Of a stretch of 13,371 bases of DNA, positions 1-7,184 are shown piece by piece (position 1 is the stretch's first letter; each line of letters starts with the position of its first letter). Source of the DNA: an uncultured Eubacteriales bacterium. Lineage in GTDB: Bacteria > Bacillota > Clostridia > TANB77 > RGIG9151. The DNA lies in NCBI GenBank assembly GCA_964640345.1, contig CAZXFU010000035.1:1-13371 (forward strand). The letters run 5' to 3'. The position numbers and the translations under genes were made by a program. Under the pieces are notes generated by a model that worked only from the letters and a program-made list of their open reading frames with translations, had not been told where the DNA came from and made no database searches.

Positions 1-1
1 A

Positions 2-676
2 TTGGAATTTAAAGGATTAAAAGCAGAAAATGCAAATATTCAAGAAAGTCCTTCTTCGTCAAGAATTCTTTACCAAGCTTCAAGCCAAGATACGATAAAA
101 TTACTTGAAAAAAATAACGAATGGTACAGAGTTTTATGTAATAACGAAATAGAAGGCTGGATGCACTACTCGAACATAAACTCTGGTATTGACCCAAGAG
201 CCGAAAAAATAGTAGAACTTGCCCATACAAAAATAGGGTGTAGATATGAGCATGCAAACCAAGGCCCTAACGTGTTTGACTGCTCAGGCTTAATAAAATG
301 GTTACTTAAGCAGGTATCATCCAGACCTAATAAAATAATTCTAACAAACGGTCCTCAATACCAAGTATTTGAACTTACATACGATATACCGCTTTCAGAC
401 GTAATGGCAAACATGAATAACTTAGACGCCGTGTTAAAACCGGGAGATGTATTTTATTTCCAATCTGCCAGTGCAAAGCAAATAAACAAAGCCTCTAGCC
501 ATGCAGCCTTATATGTAGGCGACAACTACATCATACATGCAAAAGGTGCTGCATACGGAGTTGTAAAAGAAAAAATATCTGCACATTACTTAAAAATCAC
601 ATGTGCAGTAAAAAGACCTTTTGAAAATGGGAATACATATGTATCAAAAGACAGAATTTTTGATAAAGATAACTAA
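2..676 (+). CDS. SH3b + NlpC/P60 family peptidoglycan hydrolase, 5'-truncated by the window edge
   Basis: An SH3b-like segment ([22 protein letters not shown]) is followed by the NlpC/P60 catalytic Cys motif ([11 protein letters not shown]) and the His motif ([14 protein letters not shown]). The ORF is open to the window start. Stop TAA at 674-676. Confidence 0.85.
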   Translation: MEFKGLKAENANIQESPSSSRILYQASSQDTIKLLEKNNEWYRVLCNNEIEGWMHYSNINSGIDPRAEKIVELAHTKIGCRYEHANQGPNVFDCSGLIKWLLKQVSSRPNKIILTNGPQYQVFELTYDIPLSDVMANMNNLDAVLKPGDVFYFQSASAKQINKASSHAALYVGDNYIIHAKGAAYGVVKEKISAHYLKITCAVKRPFENGNTYVSKDRIFDKDN

Positions 677-1269
677 AGTTCACGCCTTCCCTCTAGGGCC
701 ATAGAAAGCGTAACTTCATCTGTATACTCCAAATCTCCTCCGACGGGAATACCATGAGCAATCCTGGTAACTTTAATTCCAATTGGCTTAATAAGCCTTG
801 AAATATACATAGCGGTAGCTTCTCCCTCAACGTTTAGATTTGTAGCCAAAATTACTTCTGAAACATTTTCATTCAATCTGCTAATTAGCTCTTTTATTCG
901 AATATCTTCCGGACCTATTCCATTTACAGGTGAAATTGCCCCCTGCAATACATGATATACGCCCTTAAACTCATGTGTTTTCTCCATAGCCATTATATCC
1001 TTAACATCAGACACAACACATATAACCGATGTATCCCTTTTAGGATTACTACATATCGGGCATAGCTCAGAATCCGTTAAATTCCCACAAACACTACAAA
1101 ATTTTATCTTTTCTTTAGCCGTAATTATCGCCTCAGAAAATTTTTTCGCATCTTCCGCAGTTTCATTTAAAATATAAAAAGCTAACCGGCAAGCGGTCTT
1201 ATGACCGATTCCCGGTAACTTTTCAAATTCTTCTATAAGATTTGTAATCGGTGCAGAATAACTTTCCAT
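673..1269 (-). CDS. recR: Recombination protein RecR
   Basis: HhH motif ([14 protein letters not shown]), C4 zinc finger ([16 protein letters not shown]) and a Toprim region. It sits in the conserved dnaX-ybaB-recR order. I prefer the ATG at 1269 (198 aa), preceded by GGAGGT. The track's start at 1281 is a TTG that lies inside that RBS. Confidence 0.95.
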   Translation of the reverse strand: MESYSAPITNLIEEFEKLPGIGHKTACRLAFYILNETAEDAKKFSEAIITAKEKIKFCSVCGNLTDSELCPICSNPKRDTSVICVVSDVKDIMAMEKTHEFKGVYHVLQGAISPVNGIGPEDIRIKELISRLNENVSEVILATNLNVEGEATAMYISRLIKPIGIKVTRIAHGIPVGGDLEYTDEVTLSMALEGRREL

Positions 1270-1281
1270 TTTTACCTCCAA

Positions 1282-1605
1282 CTAAAACGGCATATTAGGC
1301 AAATTAAATTTCTTCATCTCATTTGCAGTAACTTCATCAACTTTATTTAACGCATCATTTACCGCAGTTAAAATCAAATCTTGAAGCATTTCAACATCAT
1401 CTAAAACCTCAGGATTAATTTTTATATTTGTAATTTTTTTCTTGCCTGTAGTGGTTACAACTACTGCACCACCGCCTGAAGTCCCTTCCATAACCTTTAA
1501 TTCAAGCTCCTCTTGTGTCTTTTGCATATCTGCTTGTAATTTCTGAGCCTGTTTTATTAATCCACTCATATTTCCGCCGAGGAAACCGTTAAATCCACCT
1601 TTCAT
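1282..1605 (-). CDS. ybaB: YbaB/EbfC family nucleoid-associated DNA-binding protein
   Basis: 107 aa. It has the typical N-terminus (MSGLIKQAQKLQADMQKTQEEL) and lies between dnaX and recR. RBS AAAGGAGGA precedes the ATG. Confidence 0.93.
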   Translation of the reverse strand: MKGGFNGFLGGNMSGLIKQAQKLQADMQKTQEELELKVMEGTSGGGAVVVTTTGKKKITNIKINPEVLDDVEMLQDLILTAVNDALNKVDEVTANEMKKFNLPNMPF

Positions 1606-1628
1606 AGTAAATCCTCCTTTATATTTTT

Positions 1629-3158
1629 CTACAATATATTAACATCTATTTCGGAATTTATCAAGGTATTTTCCGCATCATCGGATTTGATATCTGTTTT
1701 TCCTTCTACCAAACATTTTATTATCATATCTTTCTTGCAAATCTCCAAAACCGCCTTTTTAAGTGCATCCATATTTTCCGGTCTTTCTATAACATTTTTT
1801 CCAAATTCTTGTGGAAAACAAACCGTTAAAGTGCCATCTGTTATATTTGCTTTCGCAGAAACAAGAGTTGCATATAATGACATTTTCCCGGAGTTTTTTA
1901 AATAATTTATTACATCTTTCCAATCCCCCATGCTTTGACCAATTACGGGTGTATTTTTGGTAGGCTCCTCTTTCTTAATCGGTTCTTTAATAACATTCTC
2001 ATCGGCTTTTATCTGCTGATTAGCAGTCTCTTTAATACTCTCTACCACTTCTTTTTTTACAAAAACACGGTCTTTCTCTGACGACATAAGCTGAATTAAA
2101 GACGATTCAAGCAGTATAGCCGGAAAAGCCGCACCCTTAATATCTGCTTCAAGTTCGGATAAATATATTATAATATCACTAATCTTTTGATTATCTGCCA
2201 TATTTGAAATATTTTTAATATCCTCTAATAAAGTAAAATTCTTTAACAGCCCTATATTCTGAGTGTTTTTATAGACCAAAACATCTCTTGCCAAGGAAAT
2301 AATTTCCCATATAAAATATTTTATATCTTTTCCGGAATCAACAATTTCATTTACTAAGTTTATCATAGAAACCATATCTTTATTTAAAATTGCAGATAAC
2401 ACACCTGAAACGGTAGATGACTCGGCAATTCCAAGTAATTCTCTTACTAAGCTCTCAGTTATTTCCTCAGTACCTGAAGAAATAACACGATCTAATAAGC
2501 TAAGTCCGTCTCTTAACGCACCATCAGCCGCCTGTGCAAGTACCATAAGTGCCGGAAACTCTACTTTAACACCATTTTTCTCACATACTTTTTCCAATCT
2601 TTTTGCAATATTTTCTTTGGAAATTCTTTTAAACTCAAATCTTTGACATCTGGATAAAATAGTAACCGGTATTTTATGCGGTTCTGTAGTAGCTAAAATA
2701 AATATAACATTCTCCGGTGGTTCCTCAAGTGTTTTTAACAGTGCATTAAAAGCACTTGCAGAAAGCATATGTACTTCGTCTATTATATAAACCTTATATT
2801 TAGCCATTGTCGGTGCATAAATTACATTTTCACGAATAGCACGGATATCATCAACGCTGTTGTTAGATGCAGCATCTATTTCCATTACATCCGGAATAGA
2901 CGCATCTGTTATCCCTTTACATACTTCACATTCATTACATGGCTCGCCATTTACCGGCGATGTACAATTTACCGCCCTTGAGAAAATCTTCGCTGTTGTT
3001 GTTTTTCCGGTTCCACGACTTCCGCAAAAAAGGTACGCATGTCCGACTTGGTTATTTAATATCTGATATTTTAAAACTTTAATAATATGTTCCTGACCTA
3101 CCACATCATCAAAAGTTATAGGTCTAAACTTTCTGTAAAGTGCCATATACTGTGCCAT
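1629..3158 (-). CDS. dnaX: DNA polymerase III subunit tau (DnaX)
   Basis: Walker A (GSRGTGKTTTAK), Zn module (CNECEVCKGI), DEVHMLS and the SRCQRFEF sensor motif. I prefer the ATG at 3158 (509 aa), preceded by GGAGGG with 7-nt spacing. The track's start at 3176 adds 6 aa. Confidence 0.95.
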   Translation of the reverse strand: MAQYMALYRKFRPITFDDVVGQEHIIKVLKYQILNNQVGHAYLFCGSRGTGKTTTAKIFSRAVNCTSPVNGEPCNECEVCKGITDASIPDVMEIDAASNNSVDDIRAIRENVIYAPTMAKYKVYIIDEVHMLSASAFNALLKTLEEPPENVIFILATTEPHKIPVTILSRCQRFEFKRISKENIAKRLEKVCEKNGVKVEFPALMVLAQAADGALRDGLSLLDRVISSGTEEITESLVRELLGIAESSTVSGVLSAILNKDMVSMINLVNEIVDSGKDIKYFIWEIISLARDVLVYKNTQNIGLLKNFTLLEDIKNISNMADNQKISDIIIYLSELEADIKGAAFPAILLESSLIQLMSSEKDRVFVKKEVVESIKETANQQIKADENVIKEPIKKEEPTKNTPVIGQSMGDWKDVINYLKNSGKMSLYATLVSAKANITDGTLTVCFPQEFGKNVIERPENMDALKKAVLEICKKDMIIKCLVEGKTDIKSDDAENTLINSEIDVNIL

Positions 3159-3251
3159 ATTTTTTCCCTCCAACATTCAAAAGAAAAGAGCCATAAAAAC
3201 TTGCGAGAATTTTACAGTACACAATTTTTTACAGCCCCTTTTATTCATAAT

Positions 3252-4244
3252 TTAATTTATTACTCCAACATTTCCGTAAGTCGGCTCTGAAAAATCCTTG
3301 CTTTCAATTAACGCCACAAGTTCCGGATTAAACTGAGTATTTGCACATCGCTTAATCTCATTTATCGCATCCTTATGTGAAATAGCCTTTCTATACGGTC
3401 TATCCGAAGTCATCGCATCATACGCATCAGACAATGCAATTATCTGAGCCTCTAAAGACAATTCCCTACCTTTTAATCCAAGCGGATATCCTTTACCGTC
3501 ATATCTTTCATGATGATAATTTATAGCATCCATAGTCGCTTCAGACAAATCCAAGGTATTTAATATCCAACTTCCGATTGCAGGATGTTTCTTAACTTCT
3601 TCGTACTCTTCATTAGTAAGTTTAGAAGGCTTGCACAAAATATCGTCCGCAATGCCAATCTTACCAACATCATGTAACATTCCGGCAATACGAATCTCTT
3701 CGACCTTTTCTTCCGGTAATTTCATCCTCTTTGCAAGCTCGGCAGCATACTCCGAAACTCTCTGCGAATGACCTAAAGTATATTTATCTTTAGCCTCTAT
3801 AGCTGAAACTAGCGATGCAATTAAGTCTTTATTCGCATTACTTAATTCCATATTCTTAGAATGTAATTCCTGGACCTTATTTTCATTTTCCACAATAAGT
3901 TCCTGCATTATATCCGCCATAGTATTAAATGATTCTGCAATATAATATAAATCACTTGATTTTGAAAAAGTTAACCTTGTCGTTAAATCTCCCCGTTTAA
4001 TCTTTTGTGTCCAATCACTGATTTTCATATAAGATTGTGCCAGTCTATCCTGAATTCTTGCAAAAAGCGAATAAGTAATTATTATATCCAAAAAACCTAA
4101 AAGCAAAATCCCGCCAAATATAGCTAATTCTACATAAATAGGTAATGAAGACGCCGAATTAATTATAACCGCACTCAATGCAATCATTATTATAGTCGGA
4201 ACAGACAGCGAAAATAACAACCAGAACTTTAGCCTTTCGTTCAT
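3252..4244 (-). CDS. Membrane-anchored HAMP + HD-GYP domain protein (putative c-di-GMP phosphodiesterase)
   Basis: Two N-terminal TM helices, a HAMP-like linker (RGDLTTRLTF...IAESFNTMADIM), a coiled coil, then the HD motif (MLHDVGKIGI) and HHERYDGKGYP (HHExxDGxGYP). The start is set at the ATG at 4244 because the 39-codon upstream extension in the track overlaps the SRP RNA. The SD is weak. Confidence 0.85.
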   Translation of the reverse strand: MNERLKFWLLFSLSVPTIIMIALSAVIINSASSLPIYVELAIFGGILLLGFLDIIITYSLFARIQDRLAQSYMKISDWTQKIKRGDLTTRLTFSKSSDLYYIAESFNTMADIMQELIVENENKVQELHSKNMELSNANKDLIASLVSAIEAKDKYTLGHSQRVSEYAAELAKRMKLPEEKVEEIRIAGMLHDVGKIGIADDILCKPSKLTNEEYEEVKKHPAIGSWILNTLDLSEATMDAINYHHERYDGKGYPLGLKGRELSLEAQIIALSDAYDAMTSDRPYRKAISHKDAINEIKRCANTQFNPELVALIESKDFSEPTYGNVGVIN

Positions 4245-4292
4245 ACGTCGAATTTCTATTTTAATCAGCCCCTCATAAGTAATTAAAAATAT

Positions 4293-4566
4293 GTGCCATG
4301 CAGCCCGTTCTCGACAATCCCACTCAGGCAAAATAGAAATAGTTTCACTCGATCCAAGCACCCTTATATCACATAAAAAATGACACTTACCGCTGCTTCC
4401 TTCCGGACCTGACGGGGTTCATGGTTTTCTATCGAATAAGAACTTAAATTGTCAACATGATAACTATAGCAAATCGTTCCAAGCAAAACGCCTCAAACAG
4501 GCCGTAAGCCTTGCTATAGCGGATTTCAAGTACAGGAGACCGCTAATCCCCCACCTAGCATAACAC
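4293..4566 (-). ncRNA. ffs: Signal recognition particle RNA, large Bacillus-type (with Alu domain), about 270 nt
   Basis: The minus strand reads GTCAGGTCCGGAAGGAAGCAGC, the invariant domain IV motif. The 5' part (GGGGGATTAGCGGTCTCCTGTACTTGAAATCCGCTATAGCAAGGC) parallels the B. subtilis scRNA Alu domain as I recall it. It lies upstream of dnaX, as in other Firmicutes. The ends are approximate (about 10 nt either way). Confidence 0.85.
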
Positions 4567-4572
4567 ATACTT

Positions 4573-4601
4573 AGTATAATAAAATAAATTTTTATATGCA
4601 A
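4573..4601 (-). promoter_or_regulatory. Sigma-A type promoter for the SRP RNA
   Basis: Minus strand: TTGCAT (4601-4596), a 17-nt spacer, then TATACT (4578-4573). This puts the transcription start near 4566, at the predicted 5' end of the RNA. Confidence 0.55.
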
Positions 4602-4648
4602 TAGTTTTTTGATATTTTTATTAAACTCTTGTCACTAACCACACTTAA

Positions 4649-5209
4649 TTAAAAAATAAAATCTTTAATATATTCCCCAAACAAAAAAGCCACTAAAAAG
4701 CCGGTTTGTATAAACGGAGCAAAATGTACCAATGATTTTTTTATTATCTTTGATGCAACAATACTCATCAAGCAAGCTAAAAATAACATAACGCACATAT
4801 CAAAAGTACTTAAAACAAAAGACATCGTAGCGAATAATATTATATCTCCGCCACCTATTAAAAACCTTTCCTCGTCTTTGTTTATAAATAGCTGAAATAT
4901 GGTTTCAAGCAAAATAAACGGAATAACGAAAAATAGCAGGTTTATTCCAATTGTCTTTAACTCCGCTCCTTTTAAAAAAGCAAATATACTCGAAATACAA
5001 AGTACTGCCACATTAAGCGGAATAGAAATAAGCCCTGTCTTCCAATCTTCTATTGATATATATGACAGTATTGTAAGCATAAAAAATAACAATAATAAAG
5101 GGTACGAAAAACCCTTTATTATTGTTATTAAAACTATTTGTATTAAAGAAAATATAAAAGCTAAAACTATATCTTTTCTCATTTTATCTTTTCTGACTCC
5201 ATCCTGCAT
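4649..5209 (-). CDS. A24 family prepilin peptidase, short TadV/CpaA/FlaK-like form without a methyltransferase domain
   Basis: Polytopic membrane protein with the two catalytic Asp contexts (SIEDWKTGLI and IGGGDIILFA). It is the last gene of the pilin-like cluster. An alternative start is the ATG at 5182 (177 aa), 1 nt after the upstream gene's stop. Confidence 0.75.
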   Translation of the reverse strand: MQDGVRKDKMRKDIVLAFIFSLIQIVLITIIKGFSYPLLLLFFMLTILSYISIEDWKTGLISIPLNVAVLCISSIFAFLKGAELKTIGINLLFFVIPFILLETIFQLFINKDEERFLIGGGDIILFATMSFVLSTFDMCVMLFLACLMSIVASKIIKKSLVHFAPFIQTGFLVAFLFGEYIKDFIF

Positions 5210-6206
5210 CTTCAGTTTGTCTTTGTATCTTACCTGTATTTAACGCACACATAGGAACAGAAAGACTTCCGTCTCCGGATAAACTAAATAAACTCTTTAC
5301 ACCGGCACCTTCATCGTTTGTGTTCTTACCGTCAAATATAGTAGGTAGTGCAAAGTCTTTTACTACAATAACGTAATGAGGATATGTTTCCATCTCTCTT
5401 ACCAACTTAGAATAATCTTCTTCGCCACTGGCATTTAAGTTAATCCAAAAATTAGTATTTGGATCATATGCATTCTTTTTATCTTTATCCATACCATCAT
5501 ACTTACAATTTACTATATCACTTATTTGTTTTTCTACTTCTTTATAAACCTCTTTCATACTGTTTCTATTACTACTCTTAACAAAACTAATTGCTAATTC
5601 TTTTTCAATACCATTTTCTGTATCATAATCTCCATTTCCATAAGCAATTATATTAAAAAACTTTTCGTCAGCATCCGTTCTATATGGTTCTATAAAAAAC
5701 ATCATTATCTTAAAATCAGCTGTATCACTTATTTTTTCTCCATCTTTCCTTCTTACTACCGCATCTTCTAATAAAGCCATCGTTGTATTTACTACCTTTT
5801 GATGATCAAGTTTTATAAAATTGTTTATTTCCCCGGTTTTTACAATAGTATCGTTGGTTTTATCCGAGTCCTCATTTCTGTTTATAAGATAACCTAGAGC
5901 TAATTGAAGGTAAATATCATAAGTCGGTTGAGTATTGCCATTGCCAATATTACCGTCTAATATTTTCTTTTGAGCACCTGTTACACCATCTCTGTTACTC
6001 TTGAGTAGGTGTATAACAGAACCGGAAGACGCTGTTTGGACAGCATCCCTTAAAGAATTATATCCGTTTTCAATAACCTTTGAATTAACAATATTGATAG
6101 CCACAAAAATCAATACAAGTAATAGAGTCAGACCATAAAGAATAACTCCAAGTCCACTACCATTATTACTTGATAGTTCTATCTTATTATTCTTCTTATG
6201 GTGCAT
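5184..6206 (-). CDS. Membrane-anchored hypothetical protein with a TadG-like N-terminus (340 aa)
   Basis: Its single N-terminal hydrophobic helix and following segment (GSGLGVILYGLTLLLVLIFVAINIVNSKVIENGYNSLRDAVQTASSG) resemble the Tad/TadG N-terminal pattern. The rest is N/D/K-rich with no motif I recognise. Its start overlaps the upstream gene's stop by 11 nt, suggesting translational coupling. That it is a gene is likely; the function call is weak. Confidence 0.6.
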   Translation of the reverse strand: MHHKKNNKIELSSNNGSGLGVILYGLTLLLVLIFVAINIVNSKVIENGYNSLRDAVQTASSGSVIHLLKSNRDGVTGAQKKILDGNIGNGNTQPTYDIYLQLALGYLINRNEDSDKTNDTIVKTGEINNFIKLDHQKVVNTTMALLEDAVVRRKDGEKISDTADFKIMMFFIEPYRTDADEKFFNIIAYGNGDYDTENGIEKELAISFVKSSNRNSMKEVYKEVEKQISDIVNCKYDGMDKDKKNAYDPNTNFWINLNASGEEDYSKLVREMETYPHYVIVVKDFALPTIFDGKNTNDEGAGVKSLFSLSGDGSLSVPMCALNTGKIQRQTEDAGWSQKR

Positions 6207-6714
6207 AATTCCTTATAATCTCCTCTCTATAAGAACTGTACTTTAAACCACCGGTATACTCTTCATTTTTCGAAAAGATGCCAAAAGACGTAACACTTCC
6301 AAGTATTGACTGCTGAACAGACTCAACATATATGCCTATTATATCCGCCTTATTTACATAAGGCAAAGACTTTAAGCTATACGGACCTTGGATAGGACCA
6401 ACTGTTCCTGTAGCCTCATTAAACTTCTTTATATAATACTGAATCGTACAATCAGCAACACCATTTGCATCTTTTTCCAAAATCCCGGATAACTTATTAC
6501 GAATATAGTCTTCATGATTTGTAGTTATTTCTCCATAAGTACTAGCCATAACGGTAGCTTCTTTTACTACTTGATTCATATACTGTTGAACAGAAAAATG
6601 ATATATAGTTGCGACCATATAAATGAGGACATACAAAAGAGGTAGCATTACAACAATATATGCTACAATCGTATCCAAGCCACCTTTTTTTAATTTTAAT
6701 CCTTTTGTATTCAT
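6196..6714 (-). CDS. TadE-like minor pilin / pseudopilin-like protein (172 aa)
   Basis: The N-terminus (MNTKGLKLKKGG-LDTIVAYIVVMLPLLYVLIYMV) carries the same basic-GG leader plus hydrophobic helix as the three upstream mini-pilins, and resembles the TadE N-terminal pattern (xVMLPLLxxL). Strong RBS AAGGAGG. Its start is 13 nt after the upstream stop. Confidence 0.6.
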   Translation of the reverse strand: MNTKGLKLKKGGLDTIVAYIVVMLPLLYVLIYMVATIYHFSVQQYMNQVVKEATVMASTYGEITTNHEDYIRNKLSGILEKDANGVADCTIQYYIKKFNEATGTVGPIQGPYSLKSLPYVNKADIIGIYVESVQQSILGSVTSFGIFSKNEEYTGGLKYSSYREEIIRNYAP

Positions 6715-6727
6715 TAATCCGGCCTCC

Positions 6728-6901
6728 TTATCGTGGACCTATATTAGTCTGCTGTTTAACTAAAGTGTTCGTCGTCTTTTCCAATAACTCGTCTCCCTGA
6801 TTAGACATAGGTATAACAGTACTAAGAATAAGTGCAACTACTATCCCTACTATTATAACTGTTGCTATTATCGTTTCCATACCGCCTCTTAACCGTCTCA
6901 T
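6728..6901 (-). CDS. Mini-pilin-like protein 3 (57 aa), not in the ORF track
   Basis: Hand translation: MRRLRGGMETIIATVIIVGIVVALILSTVIPMSNQGDELLEKTTNTLVKQQTNIGPR*. RBS GGGAGAG precedes the ATG. It is a paralogue of the 56-aa and 74-aa genes. Confidence 0.65.
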   Translation of the reverse strand: MRRLRGGMETIIATVIIVGIVVALILSTVIPMSNQGDELLEKTTNTLVKQQTNIGPR

Positions 6902-6924
6902 ACACTCACTCTCCCTAAACTCCT

Positions 6925-7095
6925 TTAACTTATCTCTTTGCCCAATCCATTAAGCCTACCTTCGCCCTTGACTCCAATTTCTTTAGTATCTTTAGTCATA
7001 GGTAATATTACCGCAATAATAAGAGCTATAACAAGTCCTACCATAATTATCGTAGCTATAATTCCTTCTATTCCACCTTTTTGTTTTCTTTTCAT
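6925..7095 (-). CDS. Mini-pilin-like protein 2 (56 aa), not in the ORF track
   Basis: Hand translation: MKRKQKGGIEGIIATIIMVGLVIALIIAVILPMTKDTKEIGVKGEGRLNGLGKEIS*. RBS GAGGGAG precedes the ATG. The hydrophobic core is near-identical to that of the 74-aa protein. Confidence 0.7.
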   Translation of the reverse strand: MKRKQKGGIEGIIATIIMVGLVIALIIAVILPMTKDTKEIGVKGEGRLNGLGKEIS

Positions 7096-7138
7096 ATATA
7101 TCTACTCCCTCAAACGAGATTTTTTTACTTTTTATTAT

Positions 7139-7174
7139 AAAACCGGCAATAATGGCTTCATTAATGCCGGTTTT
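7139..7174 (-). terminator. Intra-operon hairpin (candidate partial intrinsic terminator or attenuator) after the first pilin gene
   Basis: 36-nt near-perfect palindrome AAAACCGGCAaTAATGgcttCATTAaTGCCGGTTTT: a 16-bp stem with one mismatch and a 4-nt loop. It starts 10 nt after the pilin-1 stop. On the minus strand it is followed by UUUUAUAAUAAAAAG. Confidence 0.5.
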
Positions 7175-7184
7175 AATAATAATT

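Noticed and set aside
3177-3251. Promoter or terminator between the HD-GYP gene and dnaX.
   Set aside because: I could find no stable hairpin and no -35/-10 pair with acceptable spacing. The genes may simply be co-transcribed.
4245-4361. N-terminal 39-codon extension of the HD-GYP ORF.
   Set aside because: It overlaps the 3' part of the SRP RNA, and the protein makes sense starting at the internal Met just before its first TM helix.
4899-5243. Plus-strand 114-aa ORF antisense to the prepilin peptidase.
   Set aside because: It lies mostly inside a well-supported membrane-protein gene on the opposite strand, running 34 nt past the peptidase start into the upstream gene's 3' end. It has no RBS and a low-complexity translation.
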